Shown here one piece after another: positions 12,801 to 27,800 of a stretch of 64,000 nt of DNA (position 1 is its first letter; every line of letters starts with the position of its first letter). The DNA comes from Phoronis australis (lineage: Eukaryota > Animalia > Phoronida), in assembly GCA_002633005.1 (NCBI GenBank), contig NMRA01000460.1, positions 115,653 through 179,652 on the forward strand, read 5' to 3'. The notes beneath the pieces were generated by a model. That model saw nothing but the letters and a program-made list of their open reading frames with translations, had not been told where the DNA came from and did no database searches. The position numbers were made by a program, and so were the translations under genes.

Positions 12801-15800
12801 TATTAACTTCACGAATTCTTTTTTTGGAGATACCCACAGTTGACACTACATGAATGAGTTTCGATAAACCATAAGTTTTCGTAAGGAAGATTCTGCCTTT
12901 TATGGACAAATTTCGTATTTTCCAAATATTAAACAGGTCTTTAAGCTTTTGGATTTTATCATCAAAATTGAGTTTTTCAGCGTCATCCCCTCTTCCGCCA
13001 AAGAATATTCCTAGACTTTTAATGGGCTTTTGGGGCCAGCTGATTCCGTAAAGTGGTTTACGATTTCGGTGCATTGTTGAGGCAAACATCCCTTGGCATT
13101 TTTCATAATTCAAGTGGAGTCCAGATAATGTTCCAAAATAATCTAAAAATCTAAAACAGTTATTTCCAGATTCTAAGTCTTTAATGAAAAGAACTGTATC
13201 ATCTGCATACTGTGCAATTTTGATTTCGTGATTGGCTATTGTGAAGCCTCTAATTAATTCATTGCTTCTGATATGATGTGACATAATTTCCGCACACAGG
13301 ACGTTCTGGCAACTAATAAACTGTGGGAAGTAAACGTATACTTCATGTGCACACCTGACTAAGCAATAAAAGTAAATTTTTAAATCAAAGCTCAACGTAA
13401 CAAACTGCAGGTCACGTTTGCGACTTGAAATTTTATAAATGCGAGCTGAGATTTTGGCTAACTCGCATTAGTCACATGTGTGTGACTTGGACATTCCAAC
13501 TCCTGCAAGCCAAATCACAGCACCCAAAATGCACCCAACAGTATTGTCTTTTTAGTCGAACGAGAAAGTACGGGTGCTGCAACAACAAATATCATCTCAA
13601 CGGCAGTATTTTTTGGTCACCAAGTTAGTGTGATCCAGGATCCGTGTGTGCAAGCTGAGATTTTGACCACGTAACAGCCTGGTAATTGTCAGATTGGTGA
13701 GCACTCAAGTTAATAAACCCTTGTGTAGGCTTCTGTAGTAAACAAAGTGTCAGTTAGTTAAGGCAAAAGTACTACTTGACAAAAAACTACAGGTAAAAAA
13801 CCTGTAAGGTTCCCGAACCTGATACTTAGCCTTGAAGGCGGGTAGGTCTGCTAGTTCCACTTCCATGCTGTCAATCTTGGTCTGCATGGTAACCAATTCT
13901 TTAGCCATTGATTCACGGGTCCGCTCCAGCTCACTGATTTCAGACTAGACATAGAGTGAAGATATAGGAACACTAAATCAGGTACTAGTTGGATCTTGTC
14001 TTGACCAACACAGTGACAAAATACGGACAGCATACATCAAACCTGCACATGGTTCACTACTGGCAAATAACAATAAGAGCAACTTAAATCGACATTACTA
14101 CTTATGAATAAGAGTGAAAGCCTGCATAATACAAGTCAATGCAAAGCCTGTATCAATATCAACAAAACATCTGCAACTTAGTCCCTTGCATTTGTTTTAT
14201 TTTTTCATTCAAAATTCATAACCTGGTCCTTTTTAACTTTAACTGCATTAGTTAATTTTTTTTTAATTCAAGACATATTTAACTGTTCTTTTCATGTAAA
14301 TATGTAAATGCTCAGTTCTCTTAAATTTAAAATTTATATTATTTTTGTATTTCATATCTACTCATCTATTTTTTGTTCAAATTTGCAGCCAAACGTCTAC
14401 CCACCTGCAACTGTACAATTTCCCCTTCTTTCTGTTTGAGCTGCGATTCCAGACTCTCCAGCAAAGGGGCGCCACTTGCCTGCCTCAGACTATCGTAAAG
14501 GTTTGTTTTACTGCCGTTACTAGATGCCAGCATCAATGTACGCTCCAATATTTCATCCTGAAATAAAGATCATGTAAAACAACTAATAAGCAATTGCTCG
14601 AAATGGCTAAACACCAAGATTTTCAGCAAGTAATTTAAAACCACATCCCATAAGATGACAGCACAATTTACGACTCTCCCAATTTACGTACACGGCTGCA
14701 TACGGGTTGGACACCAGTCCCACAGATGTAAACTGTTGCTATGCTAATCGCTGTTTTAAAGCAAAGTTATTTAGTCACTGGTCATTCTAATGCTATTTAA
14801 ATTTAACTGTTGCACAGTGAGTTGGAACGTGGACTCCAAGAAATTGATGAGACCAGCGGGACATGATATACCATTCTTTTAGTGCCAGTCTCGGCTCTTC
14901 AATGTTGGTGGCCAAAGCTTTCAAAAGACTAAATCATCCATGCAATGTGTTTCTCCACTTCCACAAAAGAGGACAGTTGAATTAAAGATGTGGGTACTAC
15001 AAAATGTATTCCAGGATTACAAAATATTTGGCATCTCTATTGAAATAATTTCATCAAAACAAAAACAACTTTACCCTAGCTTTAAGCTTGTACTTCACTA
15101 ACATAGAACAAGTATTGTGGTATTAATTTCCTTTTTTGTTTTCATAACCAAGATCATAGGTGAAACATAACAGAAATCAAATATTTTTACATTAGCTGCA
15201 ACAAAGCATTTAACAATCAACACACCTGTGAGGCACTCATAGACAGCGACATGGGTGATTCCGACTTCCTACCCTCAGTGCTCAAGCGTCGTTCGTAACC
15301 CGACACTGCCATGCGGTCCAGAGGACCAGGCATTGACGATGATGTGCGTGGTCCACCCGGTGCCGGTGTCTGGGCTGCCAGCTGCATCTCTTTCTCCATC
15401 AACTGTTCATGTGCTATTGACACCTTCTTTCTCTCCGTCTCCAGTTTCAGTCGCTCCATATCCAACTCCGTCTGAAGCAGGACTTTGTCTTTCTTCAGGA
15501 CAGTAACCTCCTTGGTGAGGTTAGAGTTGACTACTTCAAGTTGGACAGCCTCTCTGAAAGTGCACACATGGGGTAAGTATGTTTTACAGCCACAAGATCT
15601 TGTAATTTCCCATTCTCACTCAGCTGGCTTTGGGACCAGTAGCCCCTGGGTTAAAAGTACTCGATTTACACAGACAACCAGGATCACTATATTTTGTCCT
15701 CTCTCCTATTCGCATCATAAACTGAAGATTGGCATTATGATAGTAAATCTCTTTCTTGCAGGATTACCCCTGCACAATCAGAAGTTCTCTCCACATTGTG

Positions 15801-18800
15801 CATCTGCACTGGAAAGCTGGCTGTGGATCTTTTGTCTTTTTCAGTGATGGACTATTTAGGAAGACGGCGGTCAACTCATAGTACGCCACAGTTTCCATCC
15901 GGGGCCTACTAGATCGCAAATGGGTTTAATCACTAACACCATTACCCTTATGGGCGTCTATAAAACCCACAACATAATTCTTCAGGAGAAACATCCAGAT
16001 GGCTAAAGTAATGTTCGAACCAACCACTCCGCCTCGCACTAGTTAAACCACCATCTGATTCTAGTTCATGGAAACCTTTAGATACTCACACCACACTTTA
16101 ATATTATTACTTATCACCCCGGTCTACTCTGGGACACTACTAAAGAACCAAACCATATCACCCCCATTACTACTAAAGAACCAAACCATATCACCCCCAT
16201 TACCTGTTCTTGGAATCTTCCAGGTGCTCCAACTTGCTCCGTTCCATCTGAAGCTCGGCAGTGAGCCTCGACTTCTCCTGCCGTAAAGTCGCCGTCTGGG
16301 AGTCCAGGGCAGTCACACGTGACTTCAACTCCATCAGCTGTTCAGAGCTGTCGCGTTCCTTTTCTATCGCAGCTGCCAGCTGCGTCTGTGCCTCCGCTAC
16401 AACAGACAGTTGATAGTGAGTATTGGCAGATTCAGTATACCGTATCATAACAAGTCAGTAGCACAGACCCATAGCTACAAAGCTACAACTAGACAATGCT
16501 TTGAGAAACTGGCATTTACAACAATGTAGGAAGCCTTTGAGAAATGAAAAAAAAGATGAATGATGACAATTATTTTTGTCTAAAATGAGTGAGATTTGAC
16601 CAGACCACTTAATACAATAGCTTACATAGCCTGTCTGTCATATTTTTCTCCACCCGTTCCCATGAAGAAGATTGCACACCATAAGTTGACTGCAGGTTCT
16701 CAATCTGTCGGAGGAGTGGTCTGGTGGCTAGAAAATGGCAGGTAGAACAAATTAGGTTTCCAGTACAACTTAAGACGTGACACTGAATTGGGCCAAACAA
16801 ATGATAACAACTTTAATTTACCCAAGTAAACAAGTTATTATAATCCTAGAAGTGGGATACACAATTCAAAAACAATGACAGGTAGGACAAAAATATTCAT
16901 GTACTAATGCGAGATTCTGTTTACAAAAGTAAATTTCACTAATACTAGTTTCTCCCTCATTATTTGTTCATAAACTGCAACACACATTGGATCCAGAAAA
17001 ACAGTACATCACTAAGATTACCACCATTCACGTTTAATACGTCAATGAGTTGCTAACAGAAAGCCACCTTCATATGGGCTTCTCAGCCTGACAACAATAC
17101 GTTACGTGTCTCTACAGAAGTCTTACATATAACACAAGTTTTTAAAGCAACCACTTCCACTGCTGTACCTGCAGTAACACTTTGCGTTAGTTCGTCATTA
17201 CGGCCATCTGCTTCTTGAAGTCTCTGTAAAGGCAAATGAATACAAATTCCATCACAACAAAATTCTAGTCTACATCATGAACCATGAAACTACCATCATG
17301 GTATTTATTATATCGACATTAAATTTGAAAGAATTTTCCGGGAGAAACATTCTTCACCACTTTTAAGCTTGTATAAAAGAGATAAGAATTCGCTTCTGTG
17401 AGCTTCTAAGGTGAAACCATGGTCGAGTTCAGTAGCTATCTCACGGATGGAAAAATCTAGCCAATACCATGTGTTCTCTTGTAAAATACATGGCAATACC
17501 TCGCGTAATCTAGCAGTATTGCTTTTTAGCAAGGTTGAAGTGTTACTGAACTCTACCTGGTACTTACCAGTTGCAAGTCTTTGATCTCCTGTTTCAACAT
17601 GTCCTCTCTTCTGTTTGAGTCTCGCTCCAGGCGACTAAGGCTTAAGTGTAAGTCATCAACCTATGGATCAAATCACAATGTCATGCTTAAACACAAATTT
17701 CCCAAGTAACGATAGAGTAGTGGAAGGTAACAAGGCTAAAAATGTGGTCAGCATAGAAAGCAAAAACTTGATTTTGAAAAGGCACCATTTGACTTTGGAA
17801 CAAAGCTGTTCAACAGTTAAGGTATGCTCAACCATGGAAGTATCAACCTGAGTATAGCATCCATTTTTATATCATGATGCAGTTTTCATAGCAGCATGAA
17901 AATGCTGGACATTTGACAGGCACTCTGAAAGTACAGAATTTCTAGTAACGATACGAAGAACAATAAAGAAACAGCAGCTCATCACTGCCCAACCTGTGCC
18001 AGCAGAGACTCCTTCTCCTTCTCAGTCTGATGTCGGTACTTGTCTAGAGACAGGCGCAGCTCTTCCTTCGCCTGCACCTCAGCACTCAAGCTTGCTTCTT
18101 GTGCCTTGCTGTCATAGGCAGCATTCTGTTTGTGCAGCTCAGCAATCTCTCTGTCACGAAGAAATGGCAGAGTAGTTGGGTTCAGCCTTGTCACTAGATG
18201 TCGGGGTGTTACTTTTCAAATTTAAATGCTAACTTCCACAGCTTTTAATTAAAGTACTACATATTAAGTGAGATCATAAGGTTCATAAGAGTGTCAAATG
18301 TTTCAGTGAGACAGTATTCTTGGTCAAAAACTTTCATTAAAAAATACTTTTAATACTTACTTATAAGAGTTGTCCAGTGCTACCTGCATACTGCGTGACT
18401 TTTCAACAGCATCCTCCAGTTCGCTCTTCAGCTTCAAAATTTCCTTCTCTTGTTTTTTCACAGCTGCATTCAGCTGATTTATTGCATCTGAAGCAACAGG
18501 CCACAAGTTTGAAGTAATCAAAGTAGTGTAGAGCATTGAAGACTTGAAACAAAACCACTTCAAATCACAACAAAAATAGCAAACTACGCCAATTTGGGAC
18601 AAAAATAATTGCCAAAATGGGTCTTTTTCGCTCTTCAAAGGCTTTTAACATTGTTATGAATGCCTACAATTTCTCAGAAACATTGCCTGGTCGTGGCTAT
18701 GGTGTACATCTTTAAAAAGGATGTAGCATTTAATAGGTGCTACTTTTATGAAAAAATGAAAGAAATTCCACTTGACCACCATATTGTGCCCTAATTGGAG

Positions 18801-21800
18801 ATTTTACCGTACTTTAATTTGGTTCTGCACACGATTTATACTCCAGTAAAACAAGTATGGAATATTGTTGACTACACCAAGGACATAACAGATTAAAAAC
18901 TAATACAGGTTTCTGACTCAGCCTGTAATCAATGTGTAAAACAACAACCCAGGTTGGCACAGCAAATGCGATGCAACATGATGATAAAACCAGTAAACAC
19001 AATAAGACATGTTGATCAGTACTAACAAGTGTATTCAGTACCATCAGTATTACACATGTGCAACGACAAAGCAAAAAGTCACCTAACGTTCATTGAGGAA
19101 TCTGAAGTTTGTAATTCTACAACTTTCTGCATTGGGATGAATTTAATTTTACCAAAATATAGATCAAACAGCAGTTTGGAAGCGGACTATGAGCCCAATC
19201 TACAGCATAGGAAAGTGGTATACAAAACAAGGAACAAATTCTACCAGGGATTGCTGTAGTCCAAAAGGATTGGATGTTATATTCATTTGCTGCTTGTAGT
19301 GCCCTCATTTGACCACGGCCTTTTATGGTATGTTGCAAATAGAAGGTTCAATTTTTCACTAGTATTGGCTACTGTAAGAGAAGTCTGATGCTCCTTTTCA
19401 CAAGTGATAAATCTGAGACATATCCACGATCAAAAAATTGAGAAAATACTGACATCCGCATCGTAGATGTACCAAACATGCTAAATGATCCAAACAGAGC
19501 CCTCATGGGCACTCTCTCTAGCTGGGGCTCTTTCAGAAATGTCTGATAACCCAGAAAGAGCACTTACCTCTATGTTTTATCTCTACCTCATCCTTTGAAT
19601 CTAGAACAGTCTTCAGATGGTCAATCTCTGTCTTCTGGGTCTCAAGTTTTTCCCTTGGGAGAGATTTCAAATGATAATACAATGAACACACTTAAGTTCC
19701 ATATATTAATTATATATAGTGTATGTGCTTTCATAGTCTTAATTTGTTTACCTGAAGATTATATTAAATGTGAAACATAAACACAATGTGAAATATGTTG
19801 AATAAGGCACTAATCTGGTTACAGTAAAAATCAAACAGTATTAGGTCTGCATTACAAGTGATAAACCTACTTGAAGCTAATGAAGAAAACAAGAAGACTT
19901 CAAATATAAAAAAATATCATAAGAAGCCAAAGTTAAAATTTGCTATTCGGGACTCCTATAAAGCAAATTTCTAGTTTATTTGTTAAATTGACTTCATAAT
20001 GTAACGAGCCTGTGGGGACAGCAAAACAATACAAACATATCCCAACTGTAAACAATTAACCCATGACATGTTAAACAAGATATCCTAGAATGATTGACTG
20101 GTTTTAAATTAGCAGTCAGCTCAAATCCATTTCTGGTATTCTTTCCCAATGTCCCAAAACGACTGGATTGGAGTTCTACCCTTTTAAAGTTGACAAATCC
20201 TTTTTTGCCATTTTGATTGGTTTTTGATTATTTGGAATTGAAACTGGAAAAGATTTTACAAGTCCTTAACAATAATTCCCTCAAACACATTGAGCTCATT
20301 AGCATTTGATTGCCAATGCATCAGACTTTCCACAATTACTGTTTATACAAGGACACTCGGCTAAGGGGATTTTTAGTCCCCATTCAAAAATCACAATTCA
20401 TTTCCATGTATAAAAACAAAAACAAAAACGTAACTTGAATGTTAACCATCTCATTCGCCGAACTTGGGTCTAGCAACTTTAAATACAATAACTCTACAAA
20501 ATGTGACATGCTTGTCAATCATCAAATTAAATAAGTGATCCATTACAAGACACATACTTTTGTGTTTTTAAAACGGCTTCATTGTCCTTCTCCTTCACCC
20601 TCAGTTTCTTTATAATATTGTTACTCTGCAGCTGATGCTTAGACAATTTTTCACCTGAAACAAACCAGTAAACAAACGCTGCATTAAAGGCCACCCAGAA
20701 GTAGCTATGGGATTCTTAAACCCTGTGTGATGATTGGTGTTTAGAAACAACAAGGGTCTGTTTTATGAAATGACTAAGACTGAAGACAAAAACTTGGTCT
20801 GGTGTTCCCACTTCACAACAACTGTTTAGTCAAGTTATTATTAGTGCACCACAGTCTAATTGGTAGAAATTATCTCAGTAATTATTAGTTACATATATAT
20901 TCTCAAAGACAACACTTTTGCTCAAGTGAGATCAGCAGTCAACACACATGAAAATATCTGCTCAAAATACGAGTGACAGCATCTTTGCCACTCGTATTCC
21001 TGGATTTGGACTCGTAAAAAGTGGCAGACAAAAAAAACACTGTACGTCGGTTTTTCGTCTGTGAGAGTGAGGGTGATTTTCTACTTGTATTTATACAAGA
21101 TTACTATAAGACTTAAAAGTCACTTTTAATGAACTACACCACTGGTGAAAGACAATAAAATGGCTACCGCAGCTGAATGACACTGGACTCTACTTTTTAT
21201 GAAAATTGATACTAGGTACATACTAAAAGACTGTGAATTACAAACATTTCACACTGTAACAAATATCTTTCCATTAACATTATGTAGGACTCTAGAAAAA
21301 TGTTCCTATTTTGCTCACTTTTGGAACATCAAATGTCAAAAGTGGCACAATGGAATCACATAAAACTTTCAGATATTATGGTTCGTGCACTGTTCTCTAT
21401 AGGAATTGTTTTTAAAGTGTTCCACTTTTGAGTGACGGACTATCAGAAAAGAAATGATGTGATTTATGTGAAAAAATTAATTTTAAAGAGGCATAAAACG
21501 AAGACAAAACGATTACTAAGAAAACTGAAACAGTATTTTTGAAGTTTTATATTGAACATTTATATCATACAAGAATTGGTCATGTAATTGATCCTGTTGT
21601 TTTGATAAGAATGAACTTTTCTTATTCCAAAATTTTACAGAAAAAGCATAGTCATGTGAACTTTTTGAGTTTATCTCAAACCTTATTAAGTGGCATTCAT
21701 TCCAACTCATATATTAACAAGTACAGGTTATGTCAACCACTGAAAGCATATATTTTCTGAAAGAAAAAAGATAAGAGATTATAAAAATATGTACGTTAGC

Positions 21801-24800
21801 CCCTTTTTCAAGTCCAAATGTCATTTTTAAGAAAGGTATAGTCATAGCAAAATAATCTATCAGTCTATTTTAATGAAACCTTTTTTAAATGAAAACTTAA
21901 CAATTTACTTAAAAAATGCTGTTAGGAATTTTCAATTACGCATTTAGTTTTGTTTCGCACAAGTAGTAAACAAATTTCCACACAGTTAAATGTGGTTCTG
22001 CTAACTCTTTTTTCGCTACACGATAGATATTTTGTATTTAAAGTTCTCAGAGAATGAAGGCAAGTGCTAGAGATATGTGAAGTATTGTAAAACAATTTTG
22101 TGAATAAGGTTTGAGATATTCTAATGGAAGATTGGTATGAAGCAAACCATAGAATTCTACAGAATTTCTGCTTTTCGAAAATATATACAGCAGATACTTA
22201 GCTAAATGTACAGACGCATCAATAAAGACCCATATAACCTTAATGAGACTTATCCTCTGTTCTAAACTGGTGAAAATGAAAGAGTATTTTAAAAGCTATT
22301 CAAGCCTGCTGCACCACTACAAGTGACATACCTTCCGACAGCAGCTCGCCTATCTGTTCATCTTTTTCCTTCAGCATTTTCTGAATGGAAGATGAGCCAC
22401 TCACACTGGATAAGAAAAATATAACCATGATACTTCAGCAGCTGGGCAGATGGCTTGCATCTATTTATTCATCAGTTCAAAGATTCAGTTGTATATATTT
22501 ATTGGATGTTAAAGTGTACTAATAGGAATTTAAAAGTGTACAGATATATGCAATTAGATTGCAGTAGTCTCACCAGTTTCGGACAAAAACAATTGCCAAA
22601 ATTATCTTCGTTTTGTTTTTCAATGGTTTTTTAACATTGTTTTTAATGCCCACAAAATATTCTCAATGGTAGCTATGGTACGGAATTTGAACATGGTAAA
22701 GCATTAATTTGATGCTCCACATCTTTTATGAAATAATAAGAAAAGAAAATTTCACTTCCCCGATATTGTGTTCTAAATTAGTGAATAGCAAATTTTGAAA
22801 GAGAATAACCATTTGCCATCTAAAGAACAGACGCCATTTTCTAGCAACTTGCGGCCTGAACATGGAAATCACAAAATAGACCCATCAACCCATACAAACT
22901 TTTTCTTGCTATGACAAAAATTTTGCTTCTACCATCAAAATGAATTGATATGTACCCTGCAATTGATATGGAGTGGACCATAACTATAACAGCATGCTTA
23001 CGTTTTTGTCAGCTCTTCCTGTGCAGTTGACAGTTGCTTTTTCAAAGCCTCTTTGTCCTGTAAAATCACAACAAATACTTTATTATGGAATGGAAATCTC
23101 GTGAGAAAAATATTGCAAAATTTTCTTGGCTTTATTACCACAATACACAGTGGAGAAACCAGCATATCTTTCTCACACTCCATACAGTAAAATACGAAAA
23201 ATACAACAAAATGTAACAAAGATAAAGACATTTGACAAAGGCAGGATACCTTGAGTGTCTGATTTAATTTCCTCTCAGCTTCAGCTATCCTCTTGGTGAA
23301 CTCTTCAGTCAGCTGGGTCAGGTCTGCCATCTCTGCACCATGTGCTTCCTCAGCCTGCTCTAATTGGCTGGAAGAGAGAAGGTCCAGACGTCAGTTTTAT
23401 CGGTCAACACTACACAGAGGCAGTGGTAAAAACGAATGGGGAGGTGGTCCTTCTAACAGGAGAGGATACAAAAAACTGTGGAAATTCAGATTGATCGCAA
23501 ATAAATATTCACAGCAGATGAATCTGCCATTAGAGCCTGTGAACATATTTCACTGAATAGAGATGAAGCTAATGCTGAAACTGTAATGTTAGAAAATCGT
23601 GGAGAGTCTAAAAAGGCATACTATAAAAGGCCAATACAAACACTGCCCTCCCCAGTCAGTATACCTGAGGCAATCACTGAAATAGATGAGTTTCTGCATG
23701 TTTCAAAAGTATAGAATCCACCCTGGAAAAAATGAGCTGATTGAAATGAAGAACTGGAGCCACCACATCAAATTTATTTAAGAATAAATCTTCGTCCGGT
23801 CACTTTCAGTTTTGTCAATTAAAATGGCACTTGTTGTATTATTTGTATGCTTTCATCTAGAGATGACAATCATTAAAGCTGCATTTTGGCCTATAAAGCT
23901 GACTAAAAAACGAAAGTCTAATCATGCCTTTCACTATCATATCTCATAACAGTTACCATGATATGATTCTATTTCCATTACCAGAAAAACCCTCAACGAA
24001 TCAAGAAACCACATCAGAGTTTCCTGGGGTTAGTCAACCCTAAAATTGCAAATTCGAAAGCTCCACAAGTGTGCATTGCCTGTGACTTTAGATTGACGAG
24101 CTTATTCTGCAATATTCAAGACCGGATAAGTGTGGAAATGTTTCAAATCCCAAAGCTTCTTTTTCAGAATTCAACACTGACAGCTAAGCAGCAAAATGCA
24201 CCTTTTAGTCCAATTAATTTTCACCTACTTCCTTAAGATGCTTCTACATTCCTGTAGGTCAAGATTTTCTTTGCTCAGCAGAACCAATTTCTTTTCCCGA
24301 GCCTCGAGGATTTCAGCCATTTCTGCCAATTTCTAAAATGCAAATGAGACTGTTGGACAGTAGCACAAGAACAATGTTGTCACACGTCAGGACAAAGCTG
24401 GCCCACGTAGCGAAAATAAGATGTTCAAATAGACGAAAGCACAGAGAAGAACTGTTATGATCGATGGTGAGATGCAGACTGCTGTTGAACACTGCGACAT
24501 TCAGCAAGCCCCAGAACAACAGCATTTATAGAGTGAATTTCCTTTAAAATATTGATGTCATAGTTTGAGCTGCCTTCAACCAAGCATACGGTGTATTGTA
24601 CGGTGCAGGGCATTTCCAGCAACTGTGCATAATTCATGTTCAAATCTACTGAATACATCAACAAACTTCAAGTCCTCTTTCCAACCCTTTTCAACATAGA
24701 ACTACGTTTAACACCAATTCGGAGCCAATGCTACATTCACAAACACTACACACACCCCACATCACCGACTATATCTAACCCAAGCGGAACAATATCTGCC

Positions 24801-27800
24801 CTGACAACAGTGACCCGTCTGATTGCTCCTTTGCTACAAAGCAACCAAAAGCCAGTTCCAGATGAACCCCCTGTTTATGGTCATTCTTGGCTTTAAATGA
24901 AGAGTAGCATGTTGTGATGATCTGAATACAGACAGGAAGAAAATGTACAAAAGATTTCACAAAATATGAGAACTAAAAAACCACAGTACTAATGAACCTG
25001 GGTGGCGAAAAATACTGTTGCGTGAAAAAATATAAGCACAGGCAGTCTTGACTAATGCACATTATTTCACCAAACGGTAATAATGACGAGACTGAACACC
25101 TCTTTGAATAAAATTTTAATTGTATGACTGTGATTAAGTTAAAGTCTGAGTAAACAAACCAGACTGCATCAGAAACCCTGTTGAGCAATAAAACTGCAAT
25201 GATCACACAGAGTAAATGTTACCGATTTTTTTTAACAGAAGTTTGAGGCATTGCCTCAACACAGTCAAGAGCAGATGTTTTGTTAACAAAGAAAACATTT
25301 ATAAAAAAGAAAATTAACAAAGCATGGTGGTATAAAACAGTCACGCATTGAAATGTGAAAGAGTGTCGAAGGGGGCGGGTTATCTGCAGCAATATTCTAA
25401 TGAAGATGAACAGCACAGAGAACAGGATATAAACATTCCCAGTGGTTAGGGTTTTTACGTAACCGTGGTAAAAGACCAAAATGAACAAACCACGAACTAT
25501 GCAGCAATAAACTTGTTACCAATTAATTTCTGCACCGAGAGTAGACTGATAGGCCCCCGTCAATTGGGTGTGAAAACTGTTCAATCATATCTGTATGCTG
25601 GAAGGGAAGTTACCATAGTCAAGAGTGAGATCACCTTGCAAAGCGAAGAAGGCGACACCTCACATGGGATAATTGATGTATACTGTTCACCAGCAAAACA
25701 AGGATCAATTTCATTATTCATAGAAAATGTCTGACATATGTTCTTTTTCAATGAATTAAACATTTTTCATGAAATTCTAATATCTTCCCGGAGTCGTCGA
25801 CTGTGGCAAGGAAATAGCTCCATGTTCAGCCAGGTGGCACTAGGAGTCATCCGTGACACATTAACAGTTTTCTACATGTCTTAACAGAAGTTCAGCGGGC
25901 ACCCCACTGCCTGTCAGCCTAGTCAGAACAATGGTGGCAGAAACGTGAAACAGAAGCACACAAGGAGTAATTCCATCTCACCTTAGCCAGGTCCCCGTTA
26001 TTCTCAGACTGGGATAGCTAAGTGCACAAATGAACGGTGGGTAAAAACAGGTAATAAAACATTGCGATGACTAGCAAAAGGGACAATTGGCTTTAAAAAC
26101 AGCAGTTAATGAAGTGGTTACCTAAATTATGTACCTTGTTTAACTAAAGGAAGAAAATTAGAAAGATAAATAAAAGATCAATGAATTTGTTAAATAGTAT
26201 CTTAAGTACAAATTAGCTAATCAAAACAGGCAACTACAATTTATCCATTCTTCTTTTTGATTAATAAGAAATGATGTACTAAGAAACAAAATAAGCCAAT
26301 GCAACTTAAGTGATGGAAACAGAATGGTATGGATGAATCCAGCACTCTTCATGAAGACATTTTTATTTTAACATTATTAACCTGACGGATTGCTCTCCTG
26401 ATGAAAGGATTTTCATCAAACAACTCCTAAAGGTAATTTTTTGACAACAGTTTGAGCACCGTAAAAAGACAAATATATACGCATTTGTTCAAAGGCAGTC
26501 ACAGTAAAATCCAACATCACCTCTGAGTGGATAGCACCTAAAAGTCCCAACACACCAAATTTGTTCTCAGAACATCCCAAGCCCGTCTCAACATCGAAAT
26601 AAAACGGGATGGGGACAGGTGGAAATGAGCAACGTTGACCACAACACACCTTCCAAAGGGTTCTTAATATTCCGATTACATAAAGTTTAGTAGACTCGTA
26701 CTCTAATCTTTTCCCCGATTTTATGACATCGTACTGAGAACTATCTAGGTGTGACTTGAAAATCTGTTAAATTCCTAAAGTCGAATACGTAAGCAATAAC
26801 AGCTTCATCCAAGTTTGACTACACAAGGTAAGAGTTGGCATGCATAAAATCATCAGATGACACACTTTTGAGATGCTCGATTAATGGGTGAACATTGTGA
26901 AGTGACTCTATCTAAACTTAGCGTTACCTTTAAGAGTTTCTGTGGATTCATGGGGTCATTGGGGTCTTCAACTTTCACCTCTAGAGGCTGACGGGGTGAA
27001 ACTGAAACAGATCATCACACCGTTACACTCGAGTTTCTTTGACGACAGAAATCTCAAACAGGACTGAAAATGCCCAGTTGTTTTACTTATACTTCACTTG
27101 GCAATCAATGAGTGAAATAGAAATATCATGATTATTGCATTCATAATTTGACTATGTCAGTATCACCACAGGTTCTCTAGTTAATCTAAAAAATTCAAAT
27201 TCCGACTACTTATCAGAGAAAGCAAACGAGTACAAAGAATGAAGTTGATAAAAAATATTCTCATTTAAAACATAACAAAAATCTCCGTGCAATAATACAG
27301 CAAAATTGAAGAGCCTCAGGTAAGGCCAAAACAGCAAAATTGAAGACACATAGATAAGGCTAAAAAAGCACATGTTGGGACTGGTCTCCTTTTTGAAACC
27401 GGAGTACTAGATGGTGCGGCATTTTCAGTTGCTCACTTTTTCAAAGATGAGCAAGAATCCTGTGGGATACTTTTACTCAATGCTTGGCAAATCATGGTGT
27501 TTATTTCAAACCTTGCTTACCGTATGTGTCTTTGTGACGCTTTTTTAAACAGATAACTTGAGATATTGCGTAAAATTGTTAAGGGCGGGTGTTATTTTTA
27601 GTTGGTGAGCACAGGTAAAGACCAGCACCAGCTTTGCTCTTTTTGACCTAATGCTTTTCTCATTCATTAAAATGGCTTTTGTTTTCTTTCTCTAATCATC
27701 ACGTAAATTAATAGTTATTTTTTACGTAACACATATTTGTCAAAATTGTTTCAACAACCTCCAACTACGTTCCTTTTATTTTCCTAATGACTCTCATGAT

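Noticed and set aside
26382-26397. 16-nt AG/GT-bounded microexon candidate in TMF1
   Set aside because: Not frame-preserving and the donor (GTTAAT) is weak.
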